From positions 1-44,408 of the forward strand of contig JAZTWF010000026.1 in assembly GCA_045635725.1 (NCBI GenBank): 44,408 nt of DNA. Reading direction: 5' to 3'. This document shows positions 35,892 through 44,350 of this stretch, in pieces. The translations under genes were made by a program, and so were the position numbers. Under the pieces are notes generated by a model. It did not search any database. It saw only the letters and a program-made list of their open reading frames with translations, and was not told the origin of the DNA. The DNA is from Candidatus Scatosoma sp. Lineage in GTDB: Bacteria; Bacillota; Clostridia; Christensenellales; Borkfalkiaceae. The stretch's first letter is position 1, and each line of letters opens with the position of its first letter.

Positions 35892-38221
35892 TATTCGTAG
35901 TCGTTAAAATTATCAAAATCCTGCAAGTCCTGATCGCTCATGGGCGGCGCTTCAAAGGAGCTAACAAAGGTGGGTGCGAAAGTTTCCATTTCTTCCTTCG
36001 CCGTTTGTCCCTTTACGCGATAGGTGCAATCTTTATTACTGCAACGCTTAGACCCACGCGCGGATTTCACCATGGCGCTGCCGCAGGTGGGGCATTTATC
36101 CCCCGTGGGAATGTCCCAGCTCATAAACTTACAGTCGGGATAGCCTAAACAGCTGTAATATACTTTACCTTTTTTGGATTTTCTCACCGTCATGGGCGAA
36201 CCGCATTCGGGGCATTTCCCTGCAAGCTTAGGTTCTTCGTCGGACGGCATAGGCGCGGTGGATTTACAGTCGGGATAGTTGGGACAAGCCAAAAATCTAC
36301 CGAATTTCCCACTCTTTACCACCATGTTTTGTCCGCACTTAGGACAGCGTACGGAAGAAAGCTCTTCCTTGTTTTCGCTGACGATATTGCGGCATTCGGG
36401 ATAGTTAGAGCAAGCCAAGTATTTCCCGAATTTGCCCATTCTTCTCAACATAAAATGTCCGCATTTATTACAAGTAACGTCGGTGAGCTCGTCGCCGTAG
36501 GTAGACGCTTTGAGCAGGTTTTTCTCAAACCCCGGATAGAAATCCCCGATAACGTCGCGCCATTCTACGCCGCCGTCTTCGATATCGTCTAATTTATTTT
36601 CCATACCTGCCGTAAAGCCTACGTCCATAACGTCGACAAAGCACTTCACCAGCATATCCACTACGTCGTACGCAATGGGCGTGGGGAACATATATTTCCC
36701 GTCCTTTTTCACGTACTTTTGCATGAGCTTGGAAATAATGGTTGCGTACGTGGACGGTCTGCCGATTCCCTTTTCTTCCATGGTCTTAACCAAGGACGCG
36801 TCGGTGTAACGCTGGGGCGGTTTGGTGAATTTTTGTTCCTTTTGCATTTTGGTTACGTCTAGCGTATCCCCTTCGGCAAGCTTAGGAAGGAGCTTAGACG
36901 TATCTACGCCGTCCTCGTCGTCCTTCTTTGCCGAAACGTCTTGATACACGGCGGTGAACCCTGCAAAGAGCAATACCTTACCGCTTGCCTTGAAAATATA
37001 ACCGCTGTTGTCAATTTCCATTTGCGCGCTATTGTACTGCGCTTCGGACATTTGGGAAGCTAAGAAACGTTCGTACACAAGCTTATACAAAAGATAGTGT
37101 TTCTTATCCAAAAGCCCCTTCGCCTTGTCGGGAGTCATATCCATATCGATAGGACGAATGGCTTCGTGGGCGTCCTGCGCGCCCTTTTTGGACGCGTAAT
37201 AGTTGGGCTTTTCGGGCGCGTATTTATCCCCGTAAATACGGCGGATTCTATCCAGCGCCTTTTCCTGCGCTTCCTTAGAAACGCGAACGGAGTCGGTACG
37301 CATATACGTGATAAACGCAATATGATCGCCGTTTTCCGTTTCCACACCTTCATATAAGTGTTGGGCAAGCGTCATGGTTTCGGGCGCGGTAAAGCCAAGC
37401 TTGGTCGAAGAATCCTGTTGCAGCGACGACGTCGTAAACGGCGCGGGCGCATGCGATTTGGTAACGGCGTTTTTCACCTTAACAACGGTGAATTTGCCTT
37501 TGGCAATTTCGTCTAAAACCTTTGCCGTTTCTTCGGCGGAAGAAGGCTTATACTTCTTTGTGCCGCGCTTTTCCAGCATAGCCTTAAAAGGCGCGTGCGC
37601 CTTGGGGATATCCTGTAATTCCGCCGTCAAGTTCCAGTATTCTTCGGGCTTAAACGACGTAATTTCCCGTTCTCTTTCGACAATCAAGCGCAGGGCAACC
37701 GATTGCACTCTGCCCCCCGAAAGGGTGCGTTTGCCGCTGCCGTTTTTGTCTTCGATTTTATGATTAAGCAGCGTAGAGAGCTTATACCCCACCAAGCGGT
37801 CTAACACACGGCGCGCTTGCTGTGCGTCTACCAAGTTATAGTTGATAGGACGGGGCGAAAGGAGCGCCGCTTCAATGGCGCGGGGGGATACTTCGTTAAA
37901 TTCGATACGGTTATCCCCGTGTTCGTCCAAGCCCAAAACCGTTTGCAAATGCCATGCGATCGCTTCCCCTTCTCTATCAGGGTCGGTTGCAAGATAGACT
38001 CTGTCCGCGCGGCGGGTAGCGTCTACCAAACGACGAATAACGTCTTCCTTTCCTTCGGAGTTCACGTAGCGCGGTTCGAAACGGTTTTCGATATCCACGC
38101 CAAGCGTGTGCACGGGCAAATCGCGAATGTGTCCCGCCGAAGCGTCTACGCGGTATTTGCCTTTAAGATACTTGGAAATGGTTTTCGCCTTGGAAGGCGA
38201 CTCTACGATAATTAAATCCAT
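35891..38221 (-). CDS. topA: DNA topoisomerase I
   Basis: 776 aa. Toprim N-terminus (LIIVESPSKAKTI), active-site region ITYMRTDS, four C-terminal Zn-ribbon repeats, acidic tail. Confidence 0.95.
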   Translation of the reverse strand: MDLIIVESPSKAKTISKYLKGKYRVDASAGHIRDLPVHTLGVDIENRFEPRYVNSEGKEDVIRRLVDATRRADRVYLATDPDREGEAIAWHLQTVLGLDEHGDNRIEFNEVSPRAIEAALLSPRPINYNLVDAQQARRVLDRLVGYKLSTLLNHKIEDKNGSGKRTLSGGRVQSVALRLIVEREREITSFKPEEYWNLTAELQDIPKAHAPFKAMLEKRGTKKYKPSSAEETAKVLDEIAKGKFTVVKVKNAVTKSHAPAPFTTSSLQQDSSTKLGFTAPETMTLAQHLYEGVETENGDHIAFITYMRTDSVRVSKEAQEKALDRIRRIYGDKYAPEKPNYYASKKGAQDAHEAIRPIDMDMTPDKAKGLLDKKHYLLYKLVYERFLASQMSEAQYNSAQMEIDNSGYIFKASGKVLLFAGFTAVYQDVSAKKDDEDGVDTSKLLPKLAEGDTLDVTKMQKEQKFTKPPQRYTDASLVKTMEEKGIGRPSTYATIISKLMQKYVKKDGKYMFPTPIAYDVVDMLVKCFVDVMDVGFTAGMENKLDDIEDGGVEWRDVIGDFYPGFEKNLLKASTYGDELTDVTCNKCGHFMLRRMGKFGKYLACSNYPECRNIVSENKEELSSVRCPKCGQNMVVKSGKFGRFLACPNYPDCKSTAPMPSDEEPKLAGKCPECGSPMTVRKSKKGKVYYSCLGYPDCKFMSWDIPTGDKCPTCGSAMVKSARGSKRCSNKDCTYRVKGQTAKEEMETFAPTFVSSFEAPPMSDQDLQDFDNFNDYE

Positions 38222-38260
38222 GCTGTGTTCCTTTATGATATACTTAAATTTTTTTCTTGA

Positions 38261-39106
38261 TTATACGGGTGCGTAGCGGTTGCCGCCAAGCGCAACGGCA
38301 AGCCCCTTGACTTCCAACGACGAAAGCACCGTCCTTGCCTTGAATACGGGTACGCCCGATTTTTGGGCTAACGCCGTGATATGTTCTTCCGCGGCGTCCT
38401 TTAAGGCGGTAAGCATTTTTTCTTCGTCCGCCGTTAAGCTGATTTTTTGCGCTTTTTCCTGTAACGATATCCCCATCTTTTTTGCGACGTCTTCCGCCGT
38501 TTCGGTGAGATACGCGCCCGCTTTGATAAGGGCGTTACAGCCTGCTCCGCAGGCAGAGCCTACCGTGTACGGGAGCGCAAATACAGGCTTTTCGAATTGT
38601 TTTGCATACCTTGCGGTAATCAGCGCGCCGCTCTTTTCCGCTGCCCCGACAACCAGCGTGCCTTCGCCAAGCGCCGCCAACAGCTTGTTGCGGTATTCGT
38701 AAGAAAAGGTACGCGTGGGCGTATCGGGCGGATAGGGCGAAAGGAGCAAGCCGTTTTGCATAATTTGTTGCATCATGCGGTAATTGCTTTGGGGCATAGC
38801 GGACATACCGCCTGCCAAAATACAAATCACCTTCCCCTTCGCGCTGAGCGCGCCTTCCACCGCCGCGGTATCTCCGCCGTCCGCTGCACCCGATACAATC
38901 GTATAAACGGTGGATAAGTCTTTGGCGATTTCCCCTGCCGTTTTCAATGCCGCAACGGGCGTTCTGCGCGAACCGACGATAGTAAACTTTTTCGTATTTA
39001 ACAAGGAAATATCCCCTACGTACCAAAGCGTTTGCGGCGCGTCGGGCAGGGAAAGCCATTCCTTGGGATATATGGGTGAGTAAACGTCCAAAAGGTTGAT
39101 TTGCAT
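38261..39106 (-). CDS. dprA: DNA-processing protein DprA (Smf)
   Basis: 281 aa. Rossmann-like DprA core (IVGSRRTP..., VSGAADGGDTAA, GALITA). Conserved comM-dprA-topA synteny. Confidence 0.8.
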   Translation of the reverse strand: MQINLLDVYSPIYPKEWLSLPDAPQTLWYVGDISLLNTKKFTIVGSRRTPVAALKTAGEIAKDLSTVYTIVSGAADGGDTAAVEGALSAKGKVICILAGGMSAMPQSNYRMMQQIMQNGLLLSPYPPDTPTRTFSYEYRNKLLAALGEGTLVVGAAEKSGALITARYAKQFEKPVFALPYTVGSACGAGCNALIKAGAYLTETAEDVAKKMGISLQEKAQKISLTADEEKMLTALKDAAEEHITALAQKSGVPVFKARTVLSSLEVKGLAVALGGNRYAPV

Positions 39107-39112
39107 AAATTG

Positions 39113-40648
39113 TTAATCCAACTCGTTTAATGTAGTGCCGTAGGTACGATAGGATATCGCTTCGTATAAATGCTCGGCGGTGATATGTTCGGAATAATCC
39201 AAATCGGCAATCGTACGCGCTACTTTTAATATACGCGAACGCGCACGGGCGGATAAGCGCAAGCTTTCAAACGCTTCTTTTAAGACGGCTTCACATTCCG
39301 CGCTAAGCCCACAAAATTGCCGCGTTTCCTTTTCACTCATTTCGGCGTTGGACTTTACGTTGCTCCCTTCGAAACGGGCGCGCTGTATCTTTCTTGCCAC
39401 TTCGGCGCGCGCTTTTACCGCCGCGCTGCTTTCTTCTTCCGTTTGAGAAATCAAATCGTCGTATTCCACGCCGTCCACTTCCACTTGAATATCAATTCTG
39501 TCAAGTAGCGGCCCTGAAACGCGAGCGCGGTATTTACGAATATCGTTGGGCGTACAGGTACAACGGCGTTTGCCGCTGCCGTAGTTGCCGCAGGGGCAAG
39601 GATTCATGCTTGCGCAAAGCATAAACGACGCGGGATAGGTAACCGTACCCATAGAACGGGAAATGGTAATCACCCCGTCTTCTAACGGCTGACGGAGCGA
39701 TTCTAACGACGAACGCTTATATTCGGGCAATTCGTCCAAAAACAGCACTCCTCCGTGCGCAAGGCTAATCTCCCCGGGGCGTACCGCCTTCGAACCGCCG
39801 CCGCACAAGGAAACGGTGCTTGCCGTGTGGTGGGGTGTTCTAAACGGTCTTTTGGCGACGATACCGCTTTCCCCAAGCGTACCTGCTACCGAATGGATTT
39901 TGGTAATTTCCAACGCTTCGTCAAAGGTCATATCGGGGAGCACGGTCGGGATGGCCCTTGCCAGCATAGTTTTTCCGCTGCCAGGAGGCCCGACGAACAG
40001 GATATTGTGTCCGCCTGCACCCGCCACTTCCAACGCGCGCTTTGCAATCGGTTGACCTTTGACAAACGCCAAATCGTGCGAAGAACGCTCTGTGGATAGA
40101 CTTGCCGAAAAGACAGCCGTTTCTACGGGCGATAAGGGTTTATCCCCCGAAAGGTGATCGATAACTTCGCGCAAGGACTTTGCGGCGTACACCGTTACGC
40201 CCTGTACAAAGCCCGCTTCTTTGCGGTTGTCGTACGGGACGATAAAGGTAGTAATCCCCTTATCCCTTGCGGAGATAATGGACGGAAGTATGCCCGTTAC
40301 GGGGCGGAGCTCTCCGCTTAACGCAAGCTCGCCTAAAAAGACAATGCCCGATACGTCGGCGACAAGCTCTCCGTAGGCAAGCATTAAGCTCACCGCTACG
40401 GGCAAATCGAAGGACGAGCCTTCTTTTTTGACGTATGCGGGCGCAAGATTGACCGTAATTTTATGTGCAGGAAATTCCAACGCGCTATTCTTTACGGCGG
40501 ATTTTACACGCTCTTTGGATTCTTTTACGGCGGCATCGGGCAATCCTACCATTTCGTAGGACGGTATTCCGCGCGAAACGTCCGTTTCGACGGTTACGCA
40601 AACGCCTTCCAAACCCGAAAGCGCATAGCTTTGCACCTTTGCAATCAT
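39113..40648 (-). CDS. comM: YifB/ComM family Mg-chelatase-like AAA+ ATPase
   Basis: 511 aa. Lon-like N-domain, Walker A GPPGSGKTM, Walker B VLFLDELPE, Cys cluster CPCGNYGSGKRRCTC. Confidence 0.9.
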   Translation of the reverse strand: MIAKVQSYALSGLEGVCVTVETDVSRGIPSYEMVGLPDAAVKESKERVKSAVKNSALEFPAHKITVNLAPAYVKKEGSSFDLPVAVSLMLAYGELVADVSGIVFLGELALSGELRPVTGILPSIISARDKGITTFIVPYDNRKEAGFVQGVTVYAAKSLREVIDHLSGDKPLSPVETAVFSASLSTERSSHDLAFVKGQPIAKRALEVAGAGGHNILFVGPPGSGKTMLARAIPTVLPDMTFDEALEITKIHSVAGTLGESGIVAKRPFRTPHHTASTVSLCGGGSKAVRPGEISLAHGGVLFLDELPEYKRSSLESLRQPLEDGVITISRSMGTVTYPASFMLCASMNPCPCGNYGSGKRRCTCTPNDIRKYRARVSGPLLDRIDIQVEVDGVEYDDLISQTEEESSAAVKARAEVARKIQRARFEGSNVKSNAEMSEKETRQFCGLSAECEAVLKEAFESLRLSARARSRILKVARTIADLDYSEHITAEHLYEAISYRTYGTTLNELD

Positions 40649-40683
40649 GCGGTTTTTACTTCCTTATATATACTCTGCCTATT

Positions 40684-40712
40684 ATTTTACCCTAAACGCA
40701 AAAAAAAGTAAA
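40684..40712 (-). promoter_or_regulatory. Candidate promoter for the comM...trxA array
   Basis: Minus strand TTTACT-17 nt-TAAAAT, about 35 nt upstream of the comM ATG. Weak match. Confidence 0.35.
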
Positions 40713-40730
40713 CAATTTCAAGGCGATTTT

Positions 40731-40771
40731 TCAAAATAAAATATCCGCCCGATACAATTCAAGCGGATATT
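40731..40771 (-). terminator. Hairpin terminator after the truncated FAD-oxidoreductase ORF
   Basis: aatatccgc-14 nt-gcggatatt flanked by T-rich runs on both strands. Confidence 0.5.
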
Positions 40772-40789
40772 TTTTATTTTTCGTCATGA

Positions 40790-40948
40790 TTAGTATAATT
40801 CAAAAGCGTTGCCGCCGTACATGGGCCGTTCGTGCACAAGCACGACCTTCACCCCTGCGCGCGCCGCTGTAATCGCCACGCTAATGCCTGCCATACCGCC
40901 GCCTATTACGCATAAATCGGCGGTGAGAATTTGTCTATCTAATGCCAT
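40790..40948 (-). pseudogene. N-terminal remnant (52 codons) of an FAD-dependent oxidoreductase
   Basis: [48 protein letters not shown] is a complete beta-alpha-beta GxGxxG dinucleotide fold followed by the GGNA motif, then FELY-stop. Only about 140 nt remain before comM, so the rest of the gene is absent. AAGGAGA SD at 40957-40963. Confidence 0.6.
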
Positions 40949-40972
40949 ATCGATTTTCTCCTTATAATAAGG

Positions 40973-41001
40973 ATTATACCACACAATTTTATAGAAATAA
41001 A
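40973..41001 (-). promoter_or_regulatory. Extended -10 promoter upstream of the remnant ORF
   Basis: Minus strand TGG-TATAAT (TGnTATAAT) with a weak -35 TTTATT at 17 nt. Confidence 0.4.
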
Positions 41002-41068
41002 GCGGTTTTTGTGCTTAATATCTATAATTTTGTGCTTTTTTATAAAAAACCGTTACGGTTGATTCGTA

Positions 41069-41106
41069 TAAAAAAACAAGTCCGCCTTTGACTTTGGGCG
41101 GACTTG
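41069..41106 (-). terminator. Intrinsic terminator after rplS
   Basis: caagtccgcc-10 nt-ggcggacttg with a T7 run on the minus strand. Confidence 0.75.
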
Positions 41107-41133
41107 CCTTTTGGGAATATCCCGTTTTGTTTT

Positions 41134-41478
41134 TTAGATCTTTTCTTTGACTTTGGCAGCTTTGCCCGTCAAACCACGCAGATAATAGAGTTTCGCTCTT
41201 CTAACCTTACCTTTTCTTACGACCGTAATGGACGCAATTTTCGGCGAGTGAAGGGGATACGTCTTTTCTACGCCTACGCCGTAGGAAATGTGGCGAACGG
41301 TAAACGTTTCGGAAATACCGCCGTTCTTCTTCGCAATTACGACGCCTTCGAAGTTTTGCACACGTTCTTTGCCGCCTTCGATGATCTTATAGCCGACCTT
41401 AACGGTGTCGCCTACGTTGAATGCGGGAACTTCCGCTTTCATGTTTTCTGCGTTGATAGCTTCGATCAATCCTTTCAT
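41134..41478 (-). CDS. rplS: 50S ribosomal protein L19
   Basis: 114 aa. [37 protein letters not shown]...RRAKLYYLR is canonical L19. Confidence 0.97.
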   Translation of the reverse strand: MKGLIEAINAENMKAEVPAFNVGDTVKVGYKIIEGGKERVQNFEGVVIAKKNGGISETFTVRHISYGVGVEKTYPLHSPKIASITVVRKGKVRRAKLYYLRGLTGKAAKVKEKI

Positions 41479-41580
41479 GACTTTACTTTACCTCCGTTAT
41501 TTACGAAACGTTCATAACCCGCTGCGTGATTTCTCACCACGCCCAAAAAAAAGGCAGCGGAACGCTCGAAGTCAACGATA
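41479..41580 (-). ncRNA. Structured rplS 5' leader (possible L19 autoregulatory leader)
   Basis: About 100 nt between the -10 and the ATG. Nested helices ccgctgc/gcagcgg (41519-41560) and cgtg/cacg. Firmicutes commonly carry an L19 leader here; match to that family not verified. Confidence 0.35.
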
Positions 41581-41609
41581 ATTATATATGATTTTGAGCG
41601 GTTTGGCAA
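41581..41609 (-). promoter_or_regulatory. Sigma-A promoter for rplS
   Basis: Minus strand TTGCCA-17 nt-TATAAT. Confidence 0.65.
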
Positions 41610-41678
41610 GCGTTTTTGCATAGCTTTTGCAAATTTTTTAACTTTTTTATTTAATTGTTTTTTCTTTCTTTTATTTGG

Positions 41679-41707
41679 TTGACTTCTTTTTGGCTTTGTT
41701 TTATAAT
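41679..41707 (+). promoter_or_regulatory. Sigma-A promoter for the oadB-like operon
   Basis: TTGACT-17 nt-TATAAT. Confidence 0.7.
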
Positions 41708-41711
41708 GTTT

Positions 41712-41732
41712 ATTGTAATCTTACATTACAAT
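41712..41732 (+). promoter_or_regulatory. Perfect 8-5-8 inverted repeat at the transcription start region
   Basis: ATTGTAAT-CTTAC-ATTACAAT starting 5 nt after the -10 hexamer and covering the first in-frame ATG (41731). Confidence 0.4.
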
Positions 41733-41742
41733 GGAGAAATTT

Positions 41743-42855
41743 ATGGAATTTTTATTAGAAGGCTTCCAAAATCTTTCTTGGCAACAAGTCGTCATGTGGG
41801 CTATCGGCGGACTGTTGATTTATCTTGCCATTTGTAAAGATATGGAACCCGCGCTTTTGCTCCCTATGGGTTTTGGCGCCATTTTAGTCAACCTGCCCTT
41901 ATCCCCCGTAATCAGGGAAGACGGCATTATCAACTCTTTGTTCCAAGTCGGTATCGCGGCAAGCGAAGCTATGCCCCTTTTGCTGTTTATCGGTATCGGG
42001 TGTATGATTGACTTCGGGCCTTTGCTTACTAACCCCAAATTGTTTATTTTGGGCGGTGCGGCGCAGCTTGGTATCTTCGTTACCATTATCTTAGCCGCAA
42101 TGATCGGTTTCCCCTTGAACGACGCGGCGGCTATCGGTATTATCGGTGCGGCGGACGGTCCTACCGCTATTCTTGTAGCCATGAAGCTCGTTTCCAACTA
42201 CATGGGCCCTATCATGGTCGTTGCCTATTCGTACATGGCGCTTGTACCTATCGTACAGCCCGTTGTTATGAAGCTTTGCACGACGAAGAAAGAACGCCTT
42301 ATCAAAATGAAGTACAGCGCAAAGCAAGTACCTCAGCTTATGCGTATCCTGTTCCCGATTATCGTTACCGTTGTTTCGGGGTTGATTGCGCCCGATTCGT
42401 TGTCCCTTGTCGGTATGTTAATGTTCGGTAATCTTTTGAGAGAATGCGGCGTTTTGAAGTCCCTTTCGGAAACGGCGCAAACGGCATTTTCGAATATCAT
42501 AACCTTGCTTTTAGGTATCACCATTTCCTTCCAAATGCAAGCGGCGGCATTCCTGTCCTTGGAAACGTTGATTATCATGTTGCTTGGTTTGTTCGCATTC
42601 GTATTCGACACAATCGGCGGCGTTATGTGCGCAAAGATTATGAACTTGTTCAGCAAGGAAAAAATCAATCCCCTTATCGGTGCGGCAGGTATCTCCGCAT
42701 TCCCTATGGCGGCGCGCGTTGTAGAAAAAGTAGGTATCAAGGAAGACTCTTCCAACCACTTGCTTATGCACGCAGTAGGCGCAAACGTATCGGGGCAAAT
42801 TGCGTCGGCTATCGTCGGCGGCTTGATTGTCGGTATCATTTTACCGCTTATTTAA
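41743..42855 (+). CDS. Na+-translocating decarboxylase beta subunit (OadB/MmdB/GcdB family)
   Basis: About 370 aa from ATG 41743 (GGAGA SD). Conserved IIGAADGPTAI (Na+-site Asp), FGNLLRECGV, GAAGISAFPMAARV. About 9-10 TM. Confidence 0.9.
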   Translation: MEFLLEGFQNLSWQQVVMWAIGGLLIYLAICKDMEPALLLPMGFGAILVNLPLSPVIREDGIINSLFQVGIAASEAMPLLLFIGIGCMIDFGPLLTNPKLFILGGAAQLGIFVTIILAAMIGFPLNDAAAIGIIGAADGPTAILVAMKLVSNYMGPIMVVAYSYMALVPIVQPVVMKLCTTKKERLIKMKYSAKQVPQLMRILFPIIVTVVSGLIAPDSLSLVGMLMFGNLLRECGVLKSLSETAQTAFSNIITLLLGITISFQMQAAAFLSLETLIIMLLGLFAFVFDTIGGVMCAKIMNLFSKEKINPLIGAAGISAFPMAARVVEKVGIKEDSSNHLLMHAVGANVSGQIASAIVGGLIVGIILPLI

Positions 42856-42868
42856 GGAGGTGTTTCGT

Positions 42869-43093
42869 ATGTTAAATATTATCGGATTATTAGCTGCATT
42901 TGAAAATCTCACCCCTATGAACTGGGACGTTATCCTGCCTGCGCTCAACTTCCTTTGGCAAGGCATGCTTGCTATCTTCGTCGTTATCGGCTTGATTATT
43001 CTCGTCGTGAAAATTACGGGCTTTACCATTAACAAGGTGGGCGAAGTAAAAGCAAAACGCAAAGCAAGCAAGAACGAACAACAAAATTCATAA
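42869..43093 (+). CDS. OadG-like decarboxylase gamma subunit (single TM)
   Basis: 74 aa from ATG 42869 (AAGGAGG SD). WQGMLAIFVVIGLIILVV TM followed by a Lys-rich tail. Adjacent to the beta subunit. Confidence 0.6.
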   Translation: MLNIIGLLAAFENLTPMNWDVILPALNFLWQGMLAIFVVIGLIILVVKITGFTINKVGEVKAKRKASKNEQQNS

Positions 43094-43101
43094 CCAAGGA
43101 T

Positions 43102-43128
43102 AAGACCGACGAAACGTTCGTCGGTCTT
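43102..43128 (+). other. Perfect 12 bp hairpin without a U-tract between the oadG-like and CDF genes
   Basis: aagaccgacgaa-acg-ttcgtcggtctt. Followed by gttaatAGGAGctgtATG, the SD and start of the CDF gene. Confidence 0.6.
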
Positions 43129-43143
43129 GTTAATAGGAGCTGT

Positions 43144-44310
43144 ATGACTAATTTTTTAACCCGTATATTTATCGGCAAAAACGCCGATTCCACCGACGAA
43201 AAGGTACGCGGTAAATTTGCATCTTTGGCAGGCTTTACGGGCATTATCGCCAACGTATTGCTGTTTATCGGCAAGCTTGTTTTGGGTTTGATTTCCGCGT
43301 CGGTGGCGATTATCGCAGACGCGTTTAATAACATTTCCGACGCAGGCTCTGCCATTGTTACGCTGATCGGTTTCCGTTTGGCAAGCAAGCCCGTAGACAA
43401 AGAACACCCCTTAGGCCACGGCAGGTTGGAATACGTGTCGGGGTTTATCGTGGATATGTTGATTATTCTCGTCGGGTTTGAACTGTTCAAATCGTCCATC
43501 GACAAAATTATCAACCCCACCCTTCCTATCGTCGGTATCGCCACGTTTATCCTGCTTGGCGTTGCTATTTTGGTGAAGCTTTGGCTGTTTTTCTTCTATA
43601 AAAAGATTGCCAAAACCATTCGTTCTAACGCCCTTTCCGCGGCGGCGACGGACAGTTTAACCGATTGCTTTGCCACCGCGCTTGTCTTGATTTCAGCGGT
43701 GGTAGCCAAGCTTTTTGCCGTGCCTATCGACGGTTTTGCAGGGATTTTGGTGGCGGCGTTCATTCTCTATTCGGGCGTAAAAGCGGCGAAAGAAACGATT
43801 GATTTGCTCCTTGGCAGTCCGCCCGACCCTGCGTTTATCGCGGAAATTTACGAATTTTGCAAGGCGTATCCGCGTATCGTGGGTATACACGACGTTATGG
43901 TGCACGACTACGGCCCGGGCAGGCAAATCGTATCCTTCCACGCCGAAGTGCCGTCCGATTCGGACATCAATATCGCGCATGAAGACGTGGATAGATTAGA
44001 ACGGGATATGCAAAAAAAATACGGCTGTATCGTTACCGTACATTTAGACCCGATTGTCGTTGGCGACGAAACGGTGAACGAGCTGCGCGCTTTGGCGGAA
44101 AACGCCGCTAAGGCGGTGCATTGTGAGTTTACCATTCACGATTTCCGCATGACCATGGGCGAGCAATCGTTTAATATGATTTTCGACCTTGTTATTCCTA
44201 GCGATTGCGCCATGACTTCCGCCGAAGCGGAAAAGGCGGTTATTCAAAAAATTACAGAGCAAAAGCCCAATTGCTTTTGCGTGATTAAAGTAGAACACCC
44301 TTTCGTGTAA
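43144..44310 (+). CDS. Cation diffusion facilitator (CDF) family metal efflux transporter
   Basis: 388 aa. 6 TM with IADAFNNISD and HPLGHGRLEY motifs. C-terminal cytoplasmic ZT-dimer-like domain. Confidence 0.85.
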   Translation: MTNFLTRIFIGKNADSTDEKVRGKFASLAGFTGIIANVLLFIGKLVLGLISASVAIIADAFNNISDAGSAIVTLIGFRLASKPVDKEHPLGHGRLEYVSGFIVDMLIILVGFELFKSSIDKIINPTLPIVGIATFILLGVAILVKLWLFFFYKKIAKTIRSNALSAAATDSLTDCFATALVLISAVVAKLFAVPIDGFAGILVAAFILYSGVKAAKETIDLLLGSPPDPAFIAEIYEFCKAYPRIVGIHDVMVHDYGPGRQIVSFHAEVPSDSDINIAHEDVDRLERDMQKKYGCIVTVHLDPIVVGDETVNELRALAENAAKAVHCEFTIHDFRMTMGEQSFNMIFDLVIPSDCAMTSAEAEKAVIQKITEQKPNCFCVIKVEHPFV

Positions 44311-44312
44311 TT

Positions 44313-44350
44313 AAAAAAGAAGCGTTGCGAGTAGCAACGCTTCTTTTTTA
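44313..44350. terminator. Bidirectional intrinsic terminator
   Basis: aaaaa-agaagcgttgc-gagta-gcaacgcttct-ttttt. Confidence 0.8.

Noticed and set aside
41051-41063. Palindrome aaccgt-t-acggtt, and a ctttgac motif in the rplS terminator, faintly reminiscent of the repeat element arms.
   Set aside because: The matches are only 6-7 nt and lack the conserved blocks of the element. Treated as coincidence.
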